Shown in pieces: positions 37,201 through 47,768 of a stretch of 64,000 bases of DNA (position 1 is the first letter of the stretch; the number at the start of each line of letters is the position of its first letter). A model generated the notes under the pieces. The model saw only the letters and a program-made list of their open reading frames with translations, was not told the origin of the DNA and did not search any database. The translations under genes and the position numbers were made by a program. The stretch is from contig NC_043017.1 of NCBI RefSeq assembly GCF_006345805.1, forward strand, positions 9,610,001-9,674,000, read 5' to 3'. The DNA comes from Octopus sinensis (lineage: Eukaryota).

Positions 37201-37539
37201 ACATATATACATACACACAAACATATATACACACACGTACGATTATATAGCAACGTGCGTGTTTAGGTGGAGTAGGGCATGGTAGGCGTGGTGAGCGTGT
37301 GGGAGGGAAGCAGTGAAAATATCAACTTGTTATCTCTTCCCTTCTATCATTCAACAACATCGGTGTCTTCCCCATGGACTCCCTTCGCTTTCCCCGCCAC
37401 AATATAAACACAAATGAGCGAACACGGGAGCTCCTATGTGGTCGCACGAGATACTAGTAATAACAGCAGCATCTACCTAAAATCACAAATCCACTCCCCT
37501 TTCAATGCAGAAGGAAATATTTTTTTTATAAGGTAACAA

Positions 37540-37710
37540 GGCGCAGGATTGGCTGTGTGGTAAGTAGCTTGCTAACCAACCACATGGTTCCGGGTTCAGT
37601 CCCACTGCATGGCATCTTGGGCAAGTGTCTTCTGCTATAGCCCCGGGCCGACCAATGCCTTGTGAGTGGATTTGGTAGACGGAAACTGAAAGAAGCCTGT
37701 CGTATATACG

Positions 37711-37741
<31 letters not shown>

Positions 37742-37962
37742 GTTTGTGTGTCTGTGTTTGTCCCCCTAGCATTGCTTGACAACCGATGCTGGTGTGTTTA
37801 CGTCCCCGTCACTTAGCGGTTCGGCAAAAGAGACCGATAGAATAAGTACTGGGCTTACAAAGAATAAGTCCCGGGGTCGATTTGCTCGACTAAAGGCGGT
37901 GCTCCAGCATGGCCGCAGTCAAATGACAGAAACAAGTAAAAGAGTAAAAGAGTAAAGAGTAA
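37540..37962 (+). mobile_element. SINE family A, full length (best reference copy)
   Basis: GGCGCAGGATTGGCTGTGTGG...GGTTCAGTCCC...CORE-like block...internal microsatellite...CCAGCATGGCCGCAGTCAAATGACAGAAAC(AAGTAAAAG)n. Confidence 0.92.
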
Positions 37963-38632
37963 CAATGATGCCATCAAGAGGTAGGCCTTGAAACAGAATG
38001 CATTCTCCCCTGATGACCCCATAAACTTGCTAGCTCCTGGTATGTGGAGTTTTCAACTGGTAGCACTTGCATATGCAAGTTGCTCGATTAAAGGCGGTGC
38101 TCCAGCTTGGCCGCAGTCAAATGACTGAAACAAGTAAAAGAGAAAGAGAGTATGTTATGTATTGACTACAGACCGTTATACATTGGCCACAAGAAATGAT
38201 CCATTTCTGTTTACTGTCTACACATGTCAGCAATGATATAAGCTGTCAATACAACATGCCTACATTGTCATATACTCTCGATACAACATGCCCAGCCTAT
38301 GATATTCATGTTTATACTGTTATTTAGAGCCTACACAACACTGTTATACACCATCTCTTCAACATGCCCTCATTGTTATGTACTGTCTGCGCCACATGTT
38401 CATACTGTTATATGCTGTCCACACAAAATGTCCACATTGTTCTATGCTGTCCATACCACATGTCCACACCAGTATATAGAGACTGCACAGCACATGTCCA
38501 TGTTTTTATATATGCTGTCCACACAACAAGTCCACCCTGTTATATAGTGTCCCTACAACATGACCCCACCGTTTATGTTCTGTCTATATAATATGTCCAC
38601 ATAATCCCACTTCTGACAGATAAAGTTAAATT

Positions 38633-38700
38633 TAATGGCGGTGCCCCAGCATGGCCACAGCTCGTGAGCTGAAACTAGATAAAATATAAAATATATAAAA
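38633..38700 (+). mobile_element. Short LINE 3'-end insertion
   Basis: TAATGGCGGTGCCCCAGCATGGCCACAGCTCGTGAGCTGAAACTAGATAAAATA, identical to the copy at 43202. Confidence 0.8.
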
Positions 38701-38998
38701 CTAGCAGTATCGCCCAGCGTTGCTCGGGTTTGTAAGGGAAATAACTATATAAGCATTTTTAGAGAGTTACTTCCCTTATATAATAGCAAAAAATGCATTA
38801 AAATGGAAAAAAATTATGGTAAATTTGTTTTTAAATCGTAGACTCATCGTAAGACGCGCGCTAATACCCAGAAGGGCTCGATATGAATCACGACTATAAG
38901 ATACCCGCTTTTGGTTAAACTGCACCGCAAAATGTGGGAGTAGTTAGGAATATAAATCGTAGGAGACAGACACACAACTTGACTTTTATATATAAAGA
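38701..38998 (-). mobile_element. Non-autonomous Helitron (subfamily 1, internally deleted)
   Basis: A|CTAG with hairpin at 38701; GA|T end at 38998; body homologous to 28194. Confidence 0.87.
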
Positions 38999-39196
38999 TA
39001 TAATCATGTCCTCTCTACTGAACATGTCCACCCTGTTATGTGCTGTCTGTATGCCATGTCCATCCTGTTGTATATACACCTTTACCGACACAGCAGGTTC
39101 ATGTTTTAATGCGTTACAGGGGTGGGGGTCTACTAATAGTTTTGCTGCATTCGGGTCCAGAGGAACTGAATGTATTAGGGGCTTTTCATTAGTGAC

Positions 39197-39230
<34 letters not shown>

Positions 39231-39809
39231 GAAGATGTGACAGGGCATGGGATAGGGGTGGGATGGAATAGGTGGGGTGGAGCAGATGAGTGTGTGGGTG
39301 GGAGAGTTCACAATACTGTGAAACGAGAAAGGTTAGATGGAAGGATGGAACAACAACAACAACAACAACAACAACAGTAACAACAACAATAACTGAGTCA
39401 CTTTCTCTTTCGACAGAAACAACAAGGTATTAAAGTATTCAAAACAAAAGCACATCACTTCACGTCATTTGCGTTTTGCACATCACTTCACGTCATTTGC
39501 GTTTTGCTCATCTGTCAACAGGATGAGGGCCACTACATCATGCTGTATCATTACTCTTGCAACCGCATGCTTTGGGAGGTTCAGTTCCACCCTGCAGCAC
39601 CTTAAATGAATGTCTTCTACTAAATTTCCAGCTTGACTAATGCCGTGTGATGAATCTAGTAGAAGGAAACTGTGTGGAAGCCTATCTCTCTCCCTCACTG
39701 GTTGGGTGTCCATGTACCTCCTCTACAGCAGGACGTCCTGTTTCTGTCTCTTTATCTCACTATAACCTTTCATCATCTGACACGAGATCACCCCCTCCAG
39801 TACCGCCTC

Positions 39810-40150
39810 CCCCTCTCAAAGGATCTTTGTCTTACAAGTTACTTGGTGACCCTGCCAGTGCTGATGCCTTGTATAAAAAGCATTCAGTCCACACTGTAAA
39901 GTGGTTGACATTTAGAAGGGCATCCAGCTGTAAAAACCTTGCCAAAACTGACCTCTCCTGTGCTCATGTCACGTGAAAAGCATTCAGTCCACTCTGCTGG
40001 GTGGTCGGTATTAGGAAGGGCATCCAGCTGTAAAAACCCTGCCAAAACAGACACAGAAGTCTGATGCAGTCTTCTGCCTGGTCGGCTCCTGTCAAACCGT
40101 CCCATCCATGCCAGCATGGAAGGCAGATGCTAAATGATGACGACGACGAT
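39810..40150 (+). mobile_element. RTE-type retroposon 3' region with (GAT/GAC)n tail
   Basis: Two AGAAGGGCATCCAGCTGTAAAAACC blocks; CCCATCCATGCCAGCATGGAAGG. Confidence 0.65.
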
Positions 40151-40407
40151 GATGATGATAGATAGACAGATATAATTTTGGTTTCAAATTTTGGCACAAG
40201 GCCAGCAATTTTGGGGAAGGGTTTAAGTTGATTACGTCAACCCCAGTACTTAACTGGTACTTTTATCGACTACAAAGGGGTGAAAGGCAAAGTCAACCTT
40301 GGCAGAAGTTGACCTCAGAATGTAAAGATGGACGAACAGCTGCTAAGCATTTTACCCAGCATGCTCATGATTCTGCCAGCTTGCCATTTTTTATAGACAG
40401 ATATACT

Positions 40408-40775
40408 CTTTTACTCTCTTTTCCTCTTTTCAGTCATTTGACTGCAGCCATGATGGAGCACCGCCTTTAATTGAGCAATTCGACCCCGGGACTTATTCTT
40501 TGTAAGCCTAGTACTTATTCTATCGGTCTCTTTTGCCGAACCGCTAAGTGACGGAGACATAAACACACCAGTATCGGTTGTCAAGCGATGTTGGATGGGA
40601 CAAACACAGACACACAAACATACACGCACACATACATACATATATATACATATATACGACGGGCTTTGGTCGGCCCGAGGCTACAGTAGAAGACACTTGC
40701 CCAAGGTGCCACGCAGTGGGACTGAACCCGGAACCATGTGGTTGGTAAACAAGCTACTCACCACACAGCCACTCC
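40408..40775 (-). mobile_element. SINE family A with an internal deletion
   Basis: Head and tail blocks are both present. Confidence 0.85.
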
Positions 40776-41024
40776 ACAGTAATATCAACAGCATCTTTTT
40801 GATATCTAATTTTCCATACTACTATTTCCCCACACCCAGACATGCTCTCACTGAAGACTGGAAGTAAAGGACACCACTCTTGTTATGGCAACACTCCTTT
40901 CACCGCTACTGCCAAGGCAAAGAGACAGTGACGCACACACTCACACACACATACAAACACATGCACATATACACATACATATATACAAACATAAATACAT
41001 ACATACGTATATATATATATATAT

Positions 41025-41380
41025 ATCCTTAAATCCTTAAATCCTTAAAAATGTTTCAGCCCGAAAGCCGCGGCCATGCTGGGGCACCACCGCTGAATGA
41101 GCTACACTAATATGTGAATCCACCTCTGATACGTGGCACTTGGTCAACAAGGGAGTTCGATGCCGCTGCCCGCATCTGTGTCTCCTGTCGTGAGGTAGGT
41201 TCATCTGGGACCCCCGACAAGAAGAGATCCAGTTTAGTTTTAAAGAAACCCACATCCACAACATGCAAGTCTCTCAGGCATTTAGGGAGGATGTTAAAGA
41301 GCTGTGGTCCTCTGAAACCCAAGCTGTTGCAGTATCTGGATCTGTATTTTGATGGTGATGTTGGAATCTTTGGCACCATT
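41025..41380 (-). mobile_element. 5'-truncated CR1/L2-group LINE: ORF2 C-terminus, 3' UTR and (TTAAGGAT)3 tail
   Basis: ORF 41107-41379 reads NSLGFRGPQLFNILPKCLRDL...FKTKLDLFLSGVPDEP...SNSL, followed by GCGGTGGTGCCCCAGCATGGCCGC...GCTGAAAC. Confidence 0.88.
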
Positions 41381-41460
41381 ATATATATATATATATATAT
41401 AATAAGGAGTAAATGGAGAGGTAATTAATAAAATTATTTATTAATTATAAAATATGACAG

Positions 41461-41550
41461 CATCTCTGACAGCTGTTTCGATTCAGAAATCTTTATAAAA
41501 TTAATTTATAAAATTAAAATCATTATACGGTGAATCTCTTCAGAGGTAGC
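41461..41550 (-). ncRNA. Minimal type-I hammerhead ribozyme candidate in a Penelope-like end
   Basis: CUGAAGA (41537-43), stem II GAUUC/GAAUC, GAAA, palindromic ACAGCUGU, GUC triplet; stem I is weak. Confidence 0.55.
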
Positions 41551-41974
41551 AGAGACATACCGATTAGAATTACACATTGAGATAATGGCCATAAAACTGT
41601 TAACTCACAGTTTATATGGTTACCTTATAGTCGAACTGTCTATAGATTGGTAACTAACCAGTATTTTCAGTGGATTTATGATCCCTTAATGAGGTTTATT
41701 ACCTCTACTTGATTATACACACACACACACATATATGTATATATATATATGTGTATATATATAAAACATTTAAATAATGAGGGAGATAAATTGAATATTA
41801 ATTTAATTAATATCAATTTAAAACCAGTAGCCTAGCATACAAAAATCTGAAGAATCAGAGAAAATTCTAATACATGTGTATTACTTCTAGCATATGGCTG
41901 ACCACATAGTGGTTTTTAGCCCTTTAAATATACATATGTATATATATATATATATATATAGAAGACCAGGCAGG

Positions 41975-42510
41975 ACAAGTGAGCCCAGCCCACTTATGCA
42001 TGCCTTTCCTCCCTTGGACACAAAGACCTGTTGAGGCAAGCGAAGTCGATATAGTACCTCATCCGACGACAGGCACCCATGCTAACCCCCTTTGCTTGCG
42101 AAGACATGTTGGGGCAAGTGAAATCGAAATCAAAATCAAATTGAACCAATCCTATGACTGGCACCCGGCAGATGCCAGGACACCTTGACTGGTGGTACGT
42201 AAAAAGCACTATCCGACTCGTGGCCGATGCCAGCGCTGCCTCGACTGGCTTCCGTGCCGGTGGCACGTAAAATGCAACAATCCGACCATGGCCGTTGCCA
42301 GCCTCGCCTGGCACCTGTGCAGGTGGCACGTAAAAAGCACCCACTACACTCACGGAGTGGTTGGCGTTAGGAAGGGCATCCAGCTGTAGAAACATTGCCA
42401 GATAAGACTGGAGCCTGGCGCAGCCTTCTGGCTTCCCAGATCCCCGGTCGAACCGTCCAACCCATGCTAGCATGGAGAACGGACGTTAAACAATGATGAT
42501 GATGATGATG
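41975..42510 (+). mobile_element. RTE-type retroposon 3' region with (GAT)n tail
   Basis: GTGCCGGTGGCACGTAAAA subrepeats; CCAACCCATGCTAGCATGGAGAACGGACGTTAAACAATGATGAT. Confidence 0.7.
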
Positions 42511-42514
42511 ATAT

Positions 42515-42546
<32 letters not shown>

Positions 42547-42640
42547 GGGAATCAGTTGATGATTCACTCCATTGCTACTTTGAGTTTCATGCATGTAAAG
42601 TGAATGTATGATTGGCCAGGTAGTATTTAGTGAATGGTAT

Positions 42641-42678
<38 letters not shown>

Positions 42679-43093
42679 AGCAGAAAGAAAACAAGAAAGA
42701 GAGAGAGAGAATACGATAAATAGTTAAACAGATTAGATGGATGTTACAGACATCCAACAAGAAAAATAGACAGACAGACACACAGAGATACATGGAAAGT
42801 GGTAGCAACTCAGCAATAGGGTGTGCGCCATTCTAAGCTAAAATGTCATGGCATCAGTGAATCCTCTCACCAACACCACCACCACCATCACCGCTATTAC
42901 CGCTCACTGTGCTCTTTCAACCACTAAGTATGTGTTGAGAGTGTAGCAGCAGAAGGAGGCCTAGTTAGGTGTCAGTAAGGGAACCTGAAGTCACCAAAGT
43001 GTGTTAAATGAGTTTGTATACTTAGGTCTGTACTGTTTCCTTTGGTTTTTCTTTTTCTTTTTCGTTTTTTTTTTTTGTTTTTTTTTTTTGCAG

Positions 43094-43105
43094 TTAAAAC
43101 AGATG
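43094..43105 (+). other. Candidate 12-nt microexon (or start of a short terminal exon)
   Basis: About 55 nt of pyrimidine tract ending TTTGCAG|TTAAAACAGATG|GTAATT. Confidence 0.4.
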
Positions 43106-43201
43106 GTAATTTAGTAAATAATCATGGCGACACCCAATCTTAGCTATTTTGTTTTCTGTTAATTCTTCACAAAAAAAAAAATAAAAATAAAAATAAAAAT
43201 A

Positions 43202-43270
43202 TAATGGCGGTGCCCCAGCATGGCCACAGCTCGTGAGCTGAAACTAGATAAAATAAAAATAAAAATAAAA
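43202..43270 (+). mobile_element. Short LINE 3'-end insertion in an A-rich target
   Basis: Identical over 54 nt to the copy at 38633; (TAAAAA)n on both sides. Confidence 0.8.
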
Positions 43271-43515
43271 TATAAACGTGTGTGTGTGTAAAAGAAAAAC
43301 AGGAAAACAAGCAAAATGGGGAAAGTATCGAACAAGCGGAGACTAAGATGGAAACGAAAATAGTTGGTTTGGGTGGGGTTGTGAAAATAGAATTTAAAAA
43401 GTTATAAATGTATAATTTATAATTTTTGAAATGTTACCAAAATAGGATTTAATGTGTCCTGTTTTGTTTTGTTTTTTTAATTAACTATGTTGTGGAAATA
43501 TAATTTTTGGAATTA

Positions 43516-43920
43516 CTCTTTACTCTTTTACTCTTTTACTTGTTTCAGTCATTTGACTGCGGCCATGCTGGAGCACCGCCTTTAGTCGAGCAACTCGACC
43601 ACGGGACTTATTCTTTTGTAAACCCAGTACTTATTCTATCGGTCTCTTTTTGCCGAAACGCTAAGTAACGGGGACATAAACACACCAGCATCGGTTGTCA
43701 AGCAATACTAGGGGGACAAACACAGACACACAAACACACACACACGCATAAATATATATACATATATACGACGGGCTTCTTTCAGTTTCCGTCTACCAAA
43801 TCCACTCACAAGGCTTTGGTCGGCCCGAGGCTATAGTAGAAGACACTTGCCCAAGGTGCCACGCAGTGGGACTGAACCCGGAACCATGTAGTTCGTAAGC
43901 AAGCTACTTACCACACAGCC
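43516..43920 (-). mobile_element. SINE family A, full length
   Basis: Homologous to 37540-37962. Confidence 0.9.
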
Positions 43921-43972
43921 AATTTTTATATAAAAATATTATTTATACATAAATAATATAATAAAAAGGATA

Positions 43973-44295
43973 AAGACCCCTTTCTGTTATGAATAACCAT
44001 GGCATTGCACCTAGAAAGTTCCCCTCTGAGGTACAAGTCTGGGCAAGGTTGTTTACGGAAGACCAGCTGTTGCCCGTGCATGCCAGCCTCCCCTCTCTAC
44101 CCCATCGATGTTATCCCAGGAAAAGGGGAAAAGGGGTAATACAGTTTGGCACCAGTTTCTAGAATTGAATGAACTGGAGCAACGTGAAATAAAGTGTCTT
44201 GCTCAAGAGCACAACATACAGCCCAGTCCAGGAATTGAACTTGCTACCTCATGATTGTGAGCTCGATGCTCTAACCACTGAGCCAAGAGCCTTCA
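43973..44295 (-). mobile_element. SINE family C
   Basis: Reverse complement of the 27600 and 53618 family. Confidence 0.85.
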
Positions 44296-44309
44296 CCTCA
44301 ACCCATTAT

Positions 44310-44520
44310 TCACATGCTATTAGCACATTGGTCAAAATGCTTAATGGCATTCCATCCATCTTTACATTCTGAGATTGAACTCCACTGAGGTCAACTTTGC
44401 CTTTCATCCTTTCAGGGTCGATAAAGTAAGTACCAGTTGAGTACTGGGGTTGATATAATCGATTTAAACTCTCCCCTGAAATTACTGGCCTTGTGACAAA
44501 ATTTGAAATCATTATTTACA
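44310..44520 (+). mobile_element. SINE family B (diverged)
   Basis: GGTCAACTTTGCCTTTCATCCTTTCAGGGTCGATAAA. Confidence 0.78.
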
Positions 44521-44644
44521 TAGAAGGTAAAAAGAGAGAAAATAGAAAGTTTCTGACAATGCAGAAAGTTTCAAAAACTTTGTATTTCAGGCACAAAGGC
44601 CCACTCTTTATATATATATACATACATACATATATATATATATT

Positions 44645-44825
44645 ATGTGAACGCGTGTGTACCATTGGCGATTTTTTTTCCTCTGTCTTCCCTTCTCTGG
44701 ATCTTTCCTTCTCCTATGCTTCCGACAAAGAGCTCCGCTCGAAACATTAAACCCTCCTTCTTTCCTTCTTTCCCGAGCGTCCAATAATACTATATTTGTT
44801 CCACGTCCCCCCAAATTTCTAAGTT
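44645..44825 (+). mobile_element. Penelope-like element end with a decayed hammerhead-like motif
   Basis: CCGACAA-A-GAGC-TCC-GCTC-GAAA-CAT-T-AAAC at 44718-44752. Confidence 0.5.
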
Positions 44826-45683
44826 TGTTTATAAAAATATATTGTATCAAATTCACTCATCAGGCATTGGTCAGCCTGCAGCTATAGTAGCTGACACTTG
44901 TCCAAGGTACTGGGTAGTGGGACTGAACCTGAAACCACGTGGTTGAAAACTGAGCCTCTTAATAGCTTCTCTTTGATATCTAATTTTCCATACTACTATT
45001 TCCCCACACCCAGACATGCTCTCACAGAAGACTGGAAGTAAAGGACACCACTTTTGTATTGGTGAGACTCATTTCACCGCTACTGCCAAGGCAAAGAGAC
45101 AGGCAAGTACCAGTGAAACACTGTTAGCTTAAATTTTGTTTTGTTTTTGTTTTCATTTAAGGAAGGGAGCCATGCAAATAGCAACAAGCCCCTCTTTAAC
45201 ATTCCAAATCCTGGACTGATATACCGGCTGAACCCCCATCATTTATAGACCCTGAGGATGGATCCCTGTGGTATTCTATTTACGAAATTGCAGGTTCTGG
45301 AAATGTTTTTATTATGCACTCCACAAGCTTGGCAACCTGACAAGCAGAGGTTGGTGTTCTTTCTTAAAGGGGTGTTGAGTATTTTCATGTATGATTGTAT
45401 AGCAGGGAAGAGAGTCGGAAACTTTGCCAATGTTGATGGTTGTTAAAATGTTACGTGTGGGAGGCTATTCTTTGTTAATAAAACCATCATGTGTTTTACG
45501 TTTAAGGTTCGTGTCTAGCTTTGCAGGCACAGGTATGGTTTGCCTCCCAACCACATGGTTTCAAGCTCAATTGCACTGCATGACACCTTTGGCAAAGTGG
45601 GTTTTATTCCAGTCTCAGGCTGATTAATGCCTCATGAGTAAATTTGATAGGTGGAAACCAAAAGAAGCCATTGTATGTATATA

Positions 45684-45889
45684 TAGAAGGGGTTGCTGAA
45701 AAGATCCTGGCTATATGCAAAAGCAAATACAGGAGGATCAGTGAATTAGGATTTTGTTCAACATATTCCCCTTTCAGATTCACACACTTCAATTTTTCTA
45801 AGCCTTGTAAAAGAACTGGGAAGGTTGCACCTCCAACCAGATCTTTCATGACACCCTTAAAGCCAGGAACTTTTCAACACACCCTCGTA
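45684..45889. mobile_element. Internally deleted mariner (MITE)
   Basis: TIRs GAAGGGGTTGCTGAAAAGATCCTGGCT and AGCCAGGAACTTTTCAACACACCCTCG|TA; the minus strand retains the transposase end KCVNLKGEYVE. Confidence 0.85.
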
Positions 45890-45899
45890 CATATATACA

Positions 45900-45959
<60 letters not shown>

Positions 45960-45962
<3 letters not shown>

Positions 45963-46165
45963 CGGGAAGGTTTACGAAAATAAACAAAAGACGAAGGCAG
46001 GTGGAGTCCAAACAAACAAATGTATTAGTATGGCGCTCACGCTCAGGAATAGAAATAAAACAAGTCTTTTACGTTTCGAGCCTATGCTCTTCGACAGAAA
46101 GATACACAGAAAAAAAACAAGGAGAGAAAAAATGCGTGTAGGAGCTAACGATCTATCATGGCGTT
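45960..46165 (-). mobile_element. Penelope-like element end with a hammerhead-like motif
   Basis: TCTTT-CTGTCGA-A-GAGC-ATAG-GCTC-GAAA-CGT-A-AAAGA at 46065-46102. Confidence 0.62.
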
Positions 46166-46458
46166 ATATATATATATATATATACATATATAATTTTAAC
46201 ATGTATTCCATTAGCAACATAGAAAAGTACAAAATAGAACTCATTCACCCTTAGAATTACCAAATACCTGGTAGTATTACAGTATACTTCCAAGTCTAAG
46301 TTTAGGTATTCTTCGTGTATGAAAATGAAAATGAATAAGATAGGGTACGGTTACACAGAAGGAGTATGGTTACACAGGAGTATGGTTACATAGTTATTTA
46401 ATAATCATTACACTCATTTCCATACAACATAGATCCACATATATACAGGATTTAAATC

Positions 46459-46550
46459 ATGCTTACCTGTATAATGCTTACCTGTATATGCTTACTTGTA
46501 TAATGCTTACCTGTATAATGCTTACCTGTATAATGCTTACCTGTATAATG
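46459..46550. repeat. 15-bp tandem repeat x6 (ATGCTTACCTGTATA)
   Basis: Units start at 46459, 46474 (14 nt), 46488, 46503, 46518 and 46533. Confidence 0.95.
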
Positions 46551-46837
46551 GGATCCAGTTGTATTTCTTCAGGTGATATACAAATGCTGTCCCCATTAGT
46601 TACAAAACCTTCGACTTTGATGCTAACACATCCATCTGCCTCATTTGAAAATATATATATATTTAGGTTAGTTAAAATATGTTTATGACATATTTCAACT
46701 GCTAAAGGGCAAATTCTCTGCAGTCACCATAGAGAAAATATTTCTCTTACGGTAAAAAGGTGTGAAAACAACCATTTGTTCAGTGTCACCTTCTATCAGG
46801 ATTCCCACACATCACTGTTTCAAGTTAGTTGGCCTAT

Positions 46838-47400
46838 CATCATCATCATCATCGTTTAATGTCCGCTTTCCATGCTAGCATGGGTTGGACGATTTTGACT
46901 GAGGGCTGGCGAACCAGAAGGCTGCACCAGGCTCCAATCTTGATTTGGCAGAGTTTCTACAGCTGGATGCCCTTCCTTACGCCAACCACTCCGAGAGTGT
47001 AGTGGGTGCATTTTAAGTGCCACTGGCATGGGGGCCAGTCAGGTGGTACTGGCAACGACCTCGCTCGAATCCTTTTACAAATGCCACCAGCACAGGTGCC
47101 AGTAGGGTGACATTAGTAATGATCACGCTCGAATGATGCCCTTTTACGTGCCACTGGCACGGAAGCCAGTTGGCTGCTCTGGCAACTATCACGCTCGGAT
47201 GGTGCTCTTGGCACCCTATTAGCACGGGCACAAGTGCCAGTAAGGTGATGTGGTAATGATCATGCTCGAATGGTGCCCTTTAAGTGTCACTGGCACGGAA
47301 GCCGGTTAGCTGCTCTATCAATGATCACGCTCATATGGTGCTCTTTGCACCCTGCTAGCACAGACACCAGTCATCGAATTTAATTTTGATTTTGCTTTTG
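46838..47400 (-). mobile_element. RTE-type retroposon 3' region with expanded internal subrepeats
   Basis: (ATC)n-GTTTAATGTCCGCTTTCCATGCTAGCATGGGTTGG; repeated GTGCCACTGGCACGG...ATCACGCTC units. Confidence 0.7.
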
Positions 47401-47732
47401 ATATATATATATGTATATGAATGTGTATGTGTGTTTCTGTCTCTTTGTCTTGAAATCACATGATAGTTGTAAATGAGCATCACTGTCATACAAGCAGTGT
47501 TGTTTATTTTTCAATATTCTGTGAGAACATGTCTGGCCATGAGGGAGTATTACCTTGCTTTGGAACAGGTGACATTTAGTGACAAGAAAAGCATCCAACT
47601 GTAGAAAATCTGCCTCAAAGAATTCCATTCTACCCATGCCAAACATGGAAAAAGAATAGACGTTAAAATGATGATGACGATGATGATGGTGATGATAATG
47701 ATGGTGATGACAATGGTTGTGATGACAATGAA

Positions 47733-47768
<36 letters not shown>

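Larger units (their letters stand above)
38215..39085. repeat. Degenerate minisatellite of about 31 bp, split by insertions
   Basis: Consensus approximately CAACATGTCCACACTGTTATATGCTGTCCACA over 38215-38605, resuming at 39005-39085. Confidence 0.75.
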
